A DNA stretch of 64,000 bases from Opitutales bacterium (GTDB lineage: Bacteria; Verrucomicrobiota; Verrucomicrobiia; Opitutales; UBA2987). Each line of letters begins with the position of its first letter. Within the stretch, counting starts at the first letter, position 1. Below are positions 35,432 through 45,757 of this stretch, one piece after another. Where the stretch lies: positions 1-64,000 of the forward strand of contig CBDDEL010000014.1 of the NCBI GenBank assembly GCA_965226885.1, given 5' to 3'. Made by a program: the position numbers and the translations under genes. Below the pieces are notes generated by a model that was given only the letters and a program-made list of their open reading frames with translations, did not search any database and was not told the origin of the DNA.

Positions 35432-35777
35432 GAATTCTTTTACGTTTCATGAGATTCAAAATTGGGTAAATGGTGGCTGGTCGGGTTTCAAAAGCGTGGA
35501 CGAGATCATAATCCCGATTCTTGAGGTATTGCATCCTCCTCAAGGTAGTCCAGGGATCCCAACCGGATCTCAATTTCCCAAACAGCAAATCCGGAGATTC
35601 CACCATGACCACTCCTTCTTCTACGTATTCCACCAGGCCAACATGTCGAGTGTCAGCAATACATATTACTGTGACTCGATGGCCCCGAAGCACTAGTTCA
35701 CGTGCTATTTGAACCGTTCGCCAGGTGGCTTTAAACCGTCGGTGATGACTGACCATGAGGATCTTCAATGTATTCAA
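35432..35777 (-). pseudogene. Glycosyltransferase (GT4-like) N-terminal fragment, truncated by IS1
   Basis: LKILMVSH...ARELVLRGHRVTVIC...DYDLVHAF; ends at the IS1 IR. Confidence 0.8.
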
Positions 35778-35829
35778 TTTAAATTATTTTTATTATTAAC
35801 AATACCCACCAGATTTCCCACCAGATTTC

Positions 35830-36631
35830 GGTAGTGTATAAAAAAAGAATGTTATTTTGTATTTTTAGCTGTACAAATAGCGTTAGGCAGTTTATTCTTA
35901 GTGCATGGCTACTAAAATTATTAATTGTCGGCACTGTGGAAGAGAAAATATCATTAAATTTGGCAAGACGCCCAACCATAAACAGCGCTACCGCTGCCAT
36001 GATTGTGGTAAACAAAGCCGCGAAAACCCCACAGTGAAATACACCGAAGAGCAAAAGGAAATGATCCTTCGAGTCTATCAGGAACGCAGCAGTCTACGCG
36101 GTTTACAGCGCGCCTTCGGGGTGAGTCCCAACACCGTTTTGAGTTGGTTAAAAAAAACGACAATCGCTGCGACCGCTCAAAAGCACGATTCTTGCGGCCC
36201 GCCGCCATGATGTCATTGAACTGGACGAACTGTGGTCTTTTGTGGGGCGCAAGAGCGATGCCCAATGGGTTTGGATCGCTCTTTGCCGACGCACCCGTCA
36301 AATCCTCTCCTATGCCATTGGGCCTCGGGATTGGTATCGTTGCCGGGAACTTTACGAGCGTCTGCCACGGGCCTACAAAAGATGTGCCACCTACAGCGAC
36401 TTTTGGAGCACTTATGATGAAGTCTTTCCTCATAACCGATCCGTGGGAAAAGAAACCGGTGAAACGGCCCATGTGGAACGATGGAACAATACCCTGCGCC
36501 AACGACTGGGTCGTTTCACACGCAAAACCCTCTCCTTTTCCAAGCTTAAGAGTATGCATGAAACCTGTCTGAGACTTTTCATTCATCAATATAATCAAGA
36601 ATTAGCCACCATTCCTACTTAATACACTACC
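35830..36631 (+). mobile_element. IS1-family element, copy 4 (intergenic)
   Basis: 8-bp TSD CAGATTTC; a few SNPs relative to the other copies. Confidence 0.95.
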
Positions 36632-36725
36632 CAGATTTCTACCTATACCAATTCCAATTTCTTGCCGCATCGTCTTAATCCTTGACCCGTAAAGCGCAAC
36701 CATAACATATTCCAGTAAATTTTCC

Positions 36726-38534
36726 ATGCCAAATTTTTCCTGGATATTGAAAAGTGTTTTTGTCGTTTTGCTGGCCCTGGCTTTATTGTCCGGCTGCCAG
36801 TGTTCGCGCGATTCCGAAAAGGTTCATAAAATTGCCGTCATTCCCAAGGGGACGACGCACGTTTTCTGGGTAGTGTATAAAAAAAGAATGTTATTTTGTA
36901 TTTTTAGCTGTACAAATAGCGTTAGGCAGTTTATTCTTAGTGCATGGTTACTAAAATTATTAATTGTCGGCACTGTGGAAGTGAAAATATCATTAAATTT
37001 GGCAAGACGCCCAACCATAAACAGCGCTACCGCTGCCATGATTGTGGTAAACAAAGCCGCGAAAACCCCACAGTGAAATACACCGAAGAGCAAAAAGAAA
37101 TGATCCTTCGAGTCTATCAGGAACGCAGCAGTCTACGCGGTTTACAGCGCGCCTTCGGGGTGAGTCCCAACACCGTTTTGAGTTGGTTAAAAAAAACGAC
37201 AATCGCTGCGACCGCTCAAAAGCACGATTCTTGCGGCCCGCCGCCATGATGTCATTGAACTGGACGAACTGTGGTCTTTTGTGGGGCGCAAGAGCGATGC
37301 CCAATGGGTTTGGATCGCTCTTTGCCGACGCACCCGTCAAATCCTCTCCTATGCCATTGGGCCTCGGGATTGGTATCGTTGCCGGGAACTTTACGAGCGT
37401 CTGCCACGGGCCTACAAAAGATGTGCCACCTACAGCGACTTTTGGAGCACTTATGATGAAGTCTTTCCTTATAACCGATCCGTGGGAAAAGAAACCGGTG
37501 AAACGGCCCATGTGGAACGATGGAACAATACCCTGCGCCAACGACTGGGTCGTTTCACACGCAAAACCCTCTCCTTTTCCAAGCTTAAGAGTATGCATGA
37601 AACCTGTCTGAGACTTTTCATTCATCAATATAATCAAGAATTAGCCACCATTCCTACTTAATACACTACCGTTTTCTGGAAGTCCATACATGCCGGGGCC
37701 GTTAAGGCCGAGCGGGAATTTAATGCATTGGGCACCAGGGTGCAAGTTATCTGGAAAGCCCCGCTGCTGGAGGACGACCGGGCGGCGCAAATCAATGTGG
37801 TGGAAAATTTTATCGGGCAAAATGTCAGCGGCATTGTTCTGCCCCCGCTCGACCGCAAAGCGCTTATCCCGCCGGTGCAAAAGGCGGGCGCGGCCGGCAT
37901 ACCGGTCGTTATTATCGATTCCGGTCTCGATTACTCCGACTATGTGAGCTTTGCCTCGACCGACAATTATCACGGGGGCAGCCTTGCCGGTGAACACCTT
38001 GGCGAGCTGTTGGAAGGCAAGGGCAATGTTATCCTTCTTCGGCTGATGGTGGGATCGGCCAGCACCGAAGCCCGGGAGGCTGGTTTTCTGGACGCGATTG
38101 CAAAATTTGACGGCATCCGGGTGCTCTCCTCCAATCAATATGCCGGACCCACTCGGGAAACCGCCTACACCGCAGCCCAAAACCTTCTGCAACGATTCGG
38201 GGACGAGGTGGATGGAATTTTTACGCCCAACGAATCCGGCACAAACGGTATGCTTTTGGCCCTGCGTTCCATCGGGCGGGCCTCGGAGGTGAAGTTTATC
38301 GGTTTCGATGGTGGCAAACAGAATGTTGACGCTCTCCAATCGGGCGATTTGCACGCCATTGTTATCCAGGATCCCTTTCGCATGGGCTATCTGGGGGTGA
38401 AGCTCATGGTCGATCATCTGGAGGGTTTGACCACCCAAAAAAGGTTCGATACGGGGGCGAGCCTTGTCACCATTGACAATTTCCAGCAGATGGAAATCCA
38501 GTCGATGCTCTTTCCCGCCCTCCGCCCTGGATGA
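36726..38534 (+). pseudogene. Sugar ABC transporter substrate-binding lipoprotein (RbsB-like) disrupted by IS1
   Basis: Lipobox LSGC; IAVIPKGTTHVFW | KSIHAGA continues after IS; STDNYHGG, IGFDG, QDPFRMGY. Confidence 0.9.
36869..37670 (+). mobile_element. IS1-family element, copy 5
   Basis: 8-bp TSD GTTTTCTG. Confidence 0.95.
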
Positions 38535-38584
38535 ATACCTGCAATAACGGGTAATCAAGAATTGCGCTTTTCATCCCAATTCCG

Positions 38585-40129
38585 ATGAGCGAGTCCGCTT
38601 CCGCCCGCGATAAGAACGCAACTCCGCTGCTCTCGGTTCACGGAATTTACAAGCATTTCGGAGCCACCCAGGCATTGCGGAATGTCGATCTGGAGGTTCA
38701 GGAAGGCGAGGCGCATGCCTTGATCGGAGAAAATGGGGCCGGCAAAAGCACCTTGGTCAATATTCTCAGCGGCGCTTATGCGGTGGATTCCGGATCATTT
38801 GAACTGGATGGGAAACCGGTCGTGGCGGGCAGTCCGATCCATGCCCGGCGGATGGGCATTTCCACCATTTACCAGGAACTCACGCTGGCCCTGCATTTGA
38901 GCGTGGAGGAAAATTTGCTACTGGGGGCCGAGCCGTCCCGGTGGGGTTGGCTGGACCGCAAGGAGCGCCGGCGGCAGGCGAGGGAGGCCCTGGCCGCCTT
39001 GCACCACGAAAATCTGCCGCTGGATGAACCGGTGCACCGTCTTTCCCTGGCCCAACGACAGATCATTGAAATTGCCCGCGCCTGTCTCGGTTCGACCCGA
39101 TTATTGATTATGGATGAACCCACCAGCAGTCTTTCCGGCAGCGATGTGGAGGTATTGTTCGCGGTCATTCGAAAACTTAAGGAAAGAGGGGTGGGGATCA
39201 TTTACATCAGCCATTTTCTGGAAGAATGCCGGGAAGTGGCCGACCGCTTTACGGTATTGCGGGACGGGCAAAAGGTGGGCGGCGGAGAGATGGCGGCGAC
39301 CGATTTCAGGCAAATCGTCCGCCTCATGGTCGGGCGCGAAGTGAATGAGATTTTCCCGAAACCAGAGAACACTCCCGGTGAAACCATTTTGGAATTGGAT
39401 AAAATGGCCGGAATAAAAAAACCGCATAGTGTTTCCCTAAAACTGCGCCGGGGTGAGGTATTTGGATTGGCCGGACTGGTGGGGGCCGGGCGCACGGAAA
39501 CTTTGCGGGCTGTTTTCGGCCTCGACGCCATTGGCGGGGGCGTAGTCTGGATTCACGGCAAGGATGAAACCCGCTCCACTCCACGGGCCCGTCTTGCCAA
39601 TGGCATCGGTTTGCTCAGTGAAAACAGAAAAGATGAGGGCCTTATGCTCAACCGCAGTCTGGCGGAAAATCTATGCGCCACGCGCTACCGGCCATACACC
39701 CGGTTTGGTTTCATCAATTCCCGGAAGTTGCGGTATTCGGCTGTTAATTGGTTGAATAAGCTGCAAGTAAAGGCCCGCAACGAAAGCCAGTCGGCAGCCG
39801 AACTCTCCGGTGGGAACCAGCAGAAGATCGCCCTCGGACGGCTTCTCCATCACGATGCCGAAATTTATTTGCTGGATGAGCCGACGCGCGGGATCGACAT
39901 TGGCAGCAAAGAGCAGATTTACCGGCTCATCAACGAATTGGCCGCCAAGGGCAAGGCGATTATTTTCGTCAATTCCTACCTCCCGGAACTCCTCGGCGTC
40001 TGTCACACAATCGGTGTCATGCGAAGGGGGGTCTTGGCGGATTTGCGTGCGGCTGAAGTTTGGAGCGAGCAGCTACTACTGGAATCGACCCTGGGGGAGG
40101 GGCAGGGGCAGGGGCAGGAATCCTCTTAA
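38585..40129 (+). CDS. Sugar ABC transporter ATP-binding protein (RbsA-like)
   Basis: GENGAGKST, DEPTSSL, LSGGNQQK, DEPTRGID. Confidence 0.93.
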   Translation: MSESASARDKNATPLLSVHGIYKHFGATQALRNVDLEVQEGEAHALIGENGAGKSTLVNILSGAYAVDSGSFELDGKPVVAGSPIHARRMGISTIYQELTLALHLSVEENLLLGAEPSRWGWLDRKERRRQAREALAALHHENLPLDEPVHRLSLAQRQIIEIARACLGSTRLLIMDEPTSSLSGSDVEVLFAVIRKLKERGVGIIYISHFLEECREVADRFTVLRDGQKVGGGEMAATDFRQIVRLMVGREVNEIFPKPENTPGETILELDKMAGIKKPHSVSLKLRRGEVFGLAGLVGAGRTETLRAVFGLDAIGGGVVWIHGKDETRSTPRARLANGIGLLSENRKDEGLMLNRSLAENLCATRYRPYTRFGFINSRKLRYSAVNWLNKLQVKARNESQSAAELSGGNQQKIALGRLLHHDAEIYLLDEPTRGIDIGSKEQIYRLINELAAKGKAIIFVNSYLPELLGVCHTIGVMRRGVLADLRAAEVWSEQLLLESTLGEGQGQGQESS

Positions 40130-40155
40130 TCTAGAGACAGTCGGAGAAACAAATC

Positions 40156-41133
40156 ATGGCGGAAAAATCATCATTATCAAAATGGCGCTGGACCATCGGC
40201 GCCTGGCAAAAATTGGGACCGGTCCTGGGGCTGCTGGTGGTCCTGCTCTTGTTTTCAGCGGCGCCCGGATTTTTAACGGCGATCAATTTCAAGTTCATAT
40301 TGACCCAGACAGTCATCGTGGCCATCGCCTCGCTCGGAATGACGATGATCATTGCCAGCGGCGGGATAGATTTGAGCGTGGGCTCCGTGGTGGCTTTTAC
40401 CTGTGTGTGTGTGGCCTTGGCGGTGCAGGCCGAGTTGCCTCTGGCGATTGTGGTGTTAGTATCCGTTTTCAGCGGCGGAATGTTCGGGCTCATAAATGGT
40501 GTGATTATCGCGGGCTTTAAGATGAATCCCTTTATCGTTACCTTGGGGATGATGGGAGTGGCGCGGGGGGCGGCCAAGTGGGCGGCCGGTAACCAGACCG
40601 TCAACTACGATCCGGCCAGCCCGGTTAATCTGGCCATGAACAATCCCGTCCATTGGCCCTTATGGCTGCCGCCCATGGGTGTGCTCCTGGCCCTTTCGAT
40701 GGCTCTGGTATTTGGGGTCATCCTGAACTATACCGTTTTCGGGCGGCATATTTTTGCCATCGGGTCGAACGAAGCGACCGCCCGGCTCTGCGGCATCCGG
40801 ACCCGTTTTATCAAGGTGGCGATGTATAGCTGCGCCGGGCTGCTCTATGGGCTGGCCGGTTTGATGCAGGCATCGCGTTTGCAACAAGGCTCGCCCACCG
40901 TGGCCGTGGGTTTGGAACTGGATGTGATTGCCGCCGTGGTCATCGGGGGGGCCAGCCTCAGCGGGGGCACGGGCAGCGTGACGGGGGCCGTCATCGGCGC
41001 TCTCATTATGGCCTCATTGCGGAACGGCACGCAGTTGATGGGTTGGGAAAATCATGTGCAGGAAATCATAATCGGCATGGTCATCATTCTGGCCGTGGGT
41101 ATCGACCGCATCAGGCATAGAAGCCAATTCTGA
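40156..41133 (+). CDS. Sugar ABC transporter permease (RbsC-like)
   Basis: GGIDLSVG, FGRHIFAIGSNEATA, ELDVIAAVVIGG. Confidence 0.93.
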   Translation: MAEKSSLSKWRWTIGAWQKLGPVLGLLVVLLLFSAAPGFLTAINFKFILTQTVIVAIASLGMTMIIASGGIDLSVGSVVAFTCVCVALAVQAELPLAIVVLVSVFSGGMFGLINGVIIAGFKMNPFIVTLGMMGVARGAAKWAAGNQTVNYDPASPVNLAMNNPVHWPLWLPPMGVLLALSMALVFGVILNYTVFGRHIFAIGSNEATARLCGIRTRFIKVAMYSCAGLLYGLAGLMQASRLQQGSPTVAVGLELDVIAAVVIGGASLSGGTGSVTGAVIGALIMASLRNGTQLMGWENHVQEIIIGMVIILAVGIDRIRHRSQF

Positions 41134-41157
41134 AAAACAGTTCCCCTATCAGCCGGG

Positions 41158-42147
41158 CTAAACGATTTTCAGTTTGGGTAAATCCTGCCCGTCGATCACC
41201 CCGACCGGTTTCCCCTGCGCATCGACCACTATAAGGTCGTTTATATTTGTGGTTTCAAAAACCTTGAGGACATCGACGGCGAGAGCTTCCACCTCGATTG
41301 TCTTGGGATTTTTGGTCATGAAATCTTCCACCGGCTGGTAGAGAAAATCCTTTCCGCCAATCGAGCAGCGACGCAGGTCGCCGTCCGAAAAGACGCCTTC
41401 CAATACTCCCGTTTGGGGATTGGTCAGGGCGATAGTTCCGCATTTGGCCTGGGTTATGGCTACAATCGCGTCATTAACGTGGACGGTTTTGGGCAAGTGG
41501 TCAAACCGCGGCCCGACACGCATGATTTCACCGGCTGTCAACAAGAGAGACTTGCCCAAGCTGCCGGAAGGGTGGAAACGGGCAAAATCCTCGCGGTCGA
41601 AACCGCGCACCCCGATATAGACCATGGCGAGGGCGTCTCCCAGGGCCAGGGCGGCGGAGGTGCTGGCGGTCGGAGCCAGGTTCAGGGGGCAGGCTTCCTT
41701 TTCCACTTTGTAGGTAAGAACGATGTCCGAATTGGCAGCCAGATCGGATTTTCCCTGAGCCGTCATGGCGACGGTTTGTACGCCCAGCCGTTTGAGGATG
41801 GGAAAGAGGGAGAGAATTTCCTCGGACTGCCCGTTGTTGCTGAGGATGAGAACGAGATCGCCTTCGGAGCATACCCCCAAATCACCGTGCAGGGCCTGAT
41901 TGGGATCGAGAAAACAGGCGGGCACTCCGGTGCTGCAAAAGGTTCCGGCCAGCTTCTGGCATATGGGGGCATTCTTGCCGACACCGGTCAAGATCAACTT
42001 CTTACCGGCCAAAATGGTGTCGTGAATGGCCTCAATGACGGCCACAAAACTTGGGCCCAGGTGGTCTCTGGTGGCCCGAATGGCCGCAATTTCCAGATCG
42101 AGGCAATTTCTTGCTTTATTTAAAAGCGATTCAGCATCTAGACTCAT
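41158..42147 (-). CDS. kdsD: KpsF/GutQ/KdsD arabinose-5-phosphate isomerase
   Basis: SIS domain (TGVGK, HGDLG, EACPLNLAPTAS, HPSGSLG) plus two CBS domains. Confidence 0.85.
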   Translation of the reverse strand: MSLDAESLLNKARNCLDLEIAAIRATRDHLGPSFVAVIEAIHDTILAGKKLILTGVGKNAPICQKLAGTFCSTGVPACFLDPNQALHGDLGVCSEGDLVLILSNNGQSEEILSLFPILKRLGVQTVAMTAQGKSDLAANSDIVLTYKVEKEACPLNLAPTASTSAALALGDALAMVYIGVRGFDREDFARFHPSGSLGKSLLLTAGEIMRVGPRFDHLPKTVHVNDAIVAITQAKCGTIALTNPQTGVLEGVFSDGDLRRCSIGGKDFLYQPVEDFMTKNPKTIEVEALAVDVLKVFETTNINDLIVVDAQGKPVGVIDGQDLPKLKIV

Positions 42148-42235
42148 GCTATTGATTTGCGGATTTACTGCCTGCCTTGTCTTTACAACCAGGTTGTGTT
42201 TTTTTTAAATTACTAATTAATTTTAGCTACTGTCG

Positions 42236-43033
42236 ATGATCACTTTGCCACAGACCATTTTTTTAACCGCCTTACTGATCTTTGCGGCAGGTTGCGGCGG
42301 CAGTTCCGTGGAGGTGGTTTCGGAAGAGCAGGAGAAATCCTTTCTGCGGGGCAAGCGATATGAGCGCGAAGGCAACCACAGCGAGGCTTTGAGCGCTTTT
42401 TTAAAAGTCATTGCACGGCGGGAAGAGGCGGCCGATTCGCACCTGGAAGCGGGCAGAATATTCCTCAACCATATAAAGGACCCCATTTCGGCCATCTACC
42501 ATTTTAGGAAATATCTGGAAATAAGGCCCGATTCGGTGCAAGCCGGTCTCGTCCGCCAATTGATCGATACCTCCAAAAAGGAATTTGCCCGCACCCTGGC
42601 CGGTCATCCATTTGAAAACGATATTGACCGGCTCGATTTGCTGGAGCTTGTCAACCAACTGAAACTCGACAACCGAAGGATGCGCGAGCAATTGGCGGCC
42701 TCCGCCGGTGTTGCAATGCGCGCAGTTAATGGTATGGCTGGAGAAGAATCGCAAACTTTGGGTGAAGATTCGCTCCCGGAATCTGCGCAGACCTATGCCC
42801 CGACCTATGCCGGTAGTAATGAACAGGCCCCTGCCGCACCTTCTGGGGTTGCGGCTAATAATGCCGAGACGCGGCCCACAACTTACATCATTCAACCCGG
42901 TGACAATCTCAGCAAAATAAGCGCTAAGGTTTATGGCAGCCCGGGCCGCTGGAGGGAAATTTTCCAGGCTAATCAGGACAAGCTTGCCAATCCGAACGAT
43001 TTGAGGGTTGGAGTGGAACTGCGCATACCTTAA
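42236..43033 (+). CDS. TPR/coiled-coil/LysM lipoprotein
   Basis: Lipobox AAGC; C-terminal LysM YIIQPGDNLSKIS...LRVGVELRIP. Confidence 0.85.
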   Translation: MITLPQTIFLTALLIFAAGCGGSSVEVVSEEQEKSFLRGKRYEREGNHSEALSAFLKVIARREEAADSHLEAGRIFLNHIKDPISAIYHFRKYLEIRPDSVQAGLVRQLIDTSKKEFARTLAGHPFENDIDRLDLLELVNQLKLDNRRMREQLAASAGVAMRAVNGMAGEESQTLGEDSLPESAQTYAPTYAGSNEQAPAAPSGVAANNAETRPTTYIIQPGDNLSKISAKVYGSPGRWREIFQANQDKLANPNDLRVGVELRIP

Positions 43034-43091
43034 ATTGATTTTTAGGGGGAATGTCCGACAATAAAGCTGAATGACTCGAAAATAAAAAATT

Positions 43092-44255
43092 ATGCCCTAT
43101 TTTGACAATAATGCCACCACACCGCTGAGCAAAGCGGCTGAGGAAGCCTTTTTGATTGCTTCGAGGAATCATTGGCAGAACCCCTCCAGCCCTTATCGGT
43201 CGGCGGCCAGGGCGCGCAACCTTTTCGATCAGAATCGGGAGTGGTTGGCGGCACTGCTGGGTTGCCCAGCCGAGGGTATTGTCTTCAATTCCGGCCCCAC
43301 CGAGGGCAATAATGCGATTTTCAATTATCTGGCGGCCAAACATTCGAGCGACGCCCGCGTTGTCGTATCGGCCATTGAGCACACCAGCGTTCTGGAACCG
43401 GCCCGCGCCGCTTTTCCCGGCCGGGTGGATTATCTTCCGGCCCTGCCTTCTGGAGTGGCAGACCTGTCCACGCTTCCGCAATTGTTGGAAAATCCAAAAG
43501 TGGCGCTGGTTTCCCTGATGGCGGCCAACAACGAAACCGGTGTATTGCAACCTTGGCGGGAATGCCTCGAAATTTGCCGCCGCAAGGGGACGCCTTTTCA
43601 TATAGACGCCTCCCAGTGGTTGGGGAAGATGCCTGTGGACGGGCTCGGCGACTGCGACTACCTGACTGCTTGCGCGCACAAATTCGGCGGACCCAAAGGG
43701 GTAGGCTTTATCCTCATGGGGCGGGAGGAGGCCGGTTTCAAATCCCAATTGGGCGGGACACATGAGAATGGGCGTCGCGCAGGCACGGAAAATTTACCCG
43801 GCATTCACTCCATGCTGGCGGCGCTCAAACATGTCTACAAAAACCAGCAGGAGACCATGTGCGACCAGGAAGCCCGCCGGGACGCTTTTGAGAAAACCCT
43901 TTGCCGGGAGATTCCCGGGGCACACATTATCGGAGGCCAAAGCGAGCGGTTGTGGAATACGGTTTACGCTGTGATGCCAAAGTATGCCAATACCCGATGG
44001 GTTGCCTTGCTCGATAAACGCGGTTTTACGGTATCTACCGGATCGGCCTGCGCGACGGGTAAAAAGGGGCCATCCCACGTGCTTGTGGCCATGGGAATCG
44101 AGTCGGAAGAAGCCGGGCGCATACTTCGAGTGAGCGGCCGATGGGACACCTCCGCTGCGGCCTGGAATGGTTTGAGAGCGGCTTTTATCGAGGTTTGGGA
44201 AGAACTGAACAGGTCTAAGTCCAGCCTCGAGGGAACCATGGTGATTTCGATTTAA
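43092..44255 (+). CDS. Cysteine desulfurase (IscS/NifS family)
   Basis: YFDNNATT, ANNETG, AHKFGGPKG, STGSAC. Confidence 0.92.
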   Translation: MPYFDNNATTPLSKAAEEAFLIASRNHWQNPSSPYRSAARARNLFDQNREWLAALLGCPAEGIVFNSGPTEGNNAIFNYLAAKHSSDARVVVSAIEHTSVLEPARAAFPGRVDYLPALPSGVADLSTLPQLLENPKVALVSLMAANNETGVLQPWRECLEICRRKGTPFHIDASQWLGKMPVDGLGDCDYLTACAHKFGGPKGVGFILMGREEAGFKSQLGGTHENGRRAGTENLPGIHSMLAALKHVYKNQQETMCDQEARRDAFEKTLCREIPGAHIIGGQSERLWNTVYAVMPKYANTRWVALLDKRGFTVSTGSACATGKKGPSHVLVAMGIESEEAGRILRVSGRWDTSAAAWNGLRAAFIEVWEELNRSKSSLEGTMVISI

Positions 44256-44327
44256 TGCGGATAAGAGGTCTCCATCCGCAGGATTCACTGGCATCTATAA
44301 CCGGCCGGAGTTTAATCTTGACCGATA

Positions 44328-45146
44328 ATGCGCAGGGCTGGTCTTGGCAAATTGGGCGCAACCGCGATGATTGAAATGGAGCCGTGGCAATGGATTATCG
44401 GTTGGCTGGGTGCCTTGATGGTAGGCGTGGGCAAGGGCGGGATTCCGGGAATGGGCAATTTAACCATCGCTTTATACGCCCTGGCATTTCCGCCTCGGGA
44501 ATCGGTCGGCATTCTGCTTGTCGTGCTTCTGAGCGCCGACTCGGTCGCCATTACGGTTTACCGGAGGCATGTGCACTGGTTGTCCCTCGGTAAGCTCATG
44601 CCCTGGTCGCTGGCGGGCATAGCGGTGGGCTACTTTGCTCTCGATAAAATCGATAATGATGGCGTGCGCCGGCTTATCGGCATCATTTTACTTGGCATGA
44701 CCGCGGTGCATTTTTTTCGTCGTTGGCAGCTTGCCCGGGTCGGCCTGGAAAATGGTCAAGATCGCCTCCCGCACTCGCTCTGGTTCGTCGCCCCGATGGG
44801 GTTGATTGGCGGGTTCGCCACTATGACGGCCAATGGGGCTGGTCCGGTTGCGGCTCTTTACCTACTCGCCGTCGGATTGCCAAAAATGGCGTTCATCGGG
44901 ACCAGCGCCTGGTTTTTTGTCATCCTCAATCTGGTTAAAATTCCCTTGCAGGCGGATTTGGAGGTAATCACCGGAGAGACCCTTCAATTGAGCCTGGCAT
45001 TTGCTCCTGTCGCCGCCATTGGCGTCATTTTTTCCCGCCTGGCTATTAAGTATATCAACCAGAAATTCTTTGAAAACCTGGTCTGGTTTTTTATTGTCGT
45101 AGCCGGAGTCGCGCTACTTTTTAATCTTTCCGCGGCATTCAAGTAA
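44328..45146 (+). CDS. TauE/SafE sulfite-exporter family membrane protein (start may be 44367)
   Basis: GVGKGGIPG, GFATMTANGAGP, FIGTSAWFF. Confidence 0.85.
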   Translation: MRRAGLGKLGATAMIEMEPWQWIIGWLGALMVGVGKGGIPGMGNLTIALYALAFPPRESVGILLVVLLSADSVAITVYRRHVHWLSLGKLMPWSLAGIAVGYFALDKIDNDGVRRLIGIILLGMTAVHFFRRWQLARVGLENGQDRLPHSLWFVAPMGLIGGFATMTANGAGPVAALYLLAVGLPKMAFIGTSAWFFVILNLVKIPLQADLEVITGETLQLSLAFAPVAAIGVIFSRLAIKYINQKFFENLVWFFIVVAGVALLFNLSAAFK

Positions 45147-45151
45147 CGGCT

Positions 45152-45745
45152 ATGGCAAAAAAATCGGTGAGAGCCCAATGGGCGGCCAAATTGAAAGGCA
45201 ATCTGCGATCATCAGGCGGGCCGGAGGACGGATCTCTTATCAGCCGAAAGCCATTTCGGGGAACCATTCTGGGCATCGACCCGAGCCTGCGCGGAACCGG
45301 GTTGGCCGTTCTCAACAACGAAGCCGAAGGCCCCGCCCGGCTCTTATTCAGCCGCACCGTCAAGCTGAAACCAGCCCTTTCCATGGCGGAATGCCTGGCG
45401 GAAATTTCAGTGGCCGTAAGCGAGGTGCTGGATCAGTTTCCGGTGGACCACGTCGCCCTTGAGCAGACCATTTACGTGCAGAATGTTCAAACCGCACAGG
45501 TGTTGGGGGCTGCGCGAGGGGCCGCCATTGCAGCGGCCGCGATGCGGAAATTGCCCGTTTTCGAGTATGCGCCGTTGCGCGTCAAGCAGGCGGTAGTCGG
45601 TTACGGACGGGCCAGCAAAATCCAGGTGGCCCGGACCGTAAAAAGTCTATTGAGACACGTCGAAACCCTCAATCACGACGAGGCCGACGCCGCCGGAGTG
45701 GCCCTTTGCCATGCCATGACCTACCGCGTGGCTGAGAAGGGATAG
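45152..45745 (+). CDS. ruvC: Holliday junction resolvase
   Basis: ILGIDPS, ALEQ, EYAPLRVKQAVVGYGRASK, DEADAAGVA. Confidence 0.95.
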   Translation: MAKKSVRAQWAAKLKGNLRSSGGPEDGSLISRKPFRGTILGIDPSLRGTGLAVLNNEAEGPARLLFSRTVKLKPALSMAECLAEISVAVSEVLDQFPVDHVALEQTIYVQNVQTAQVLGAARGAAIAAAAMRKLPVFEYAPLRVKQAVVGYGRASKIQVARTVKSLLRHVETLNHDEADAAGVALCHAMTYRVAEKG

Positions 45746-45757
45746 GTTCTATTAAAG

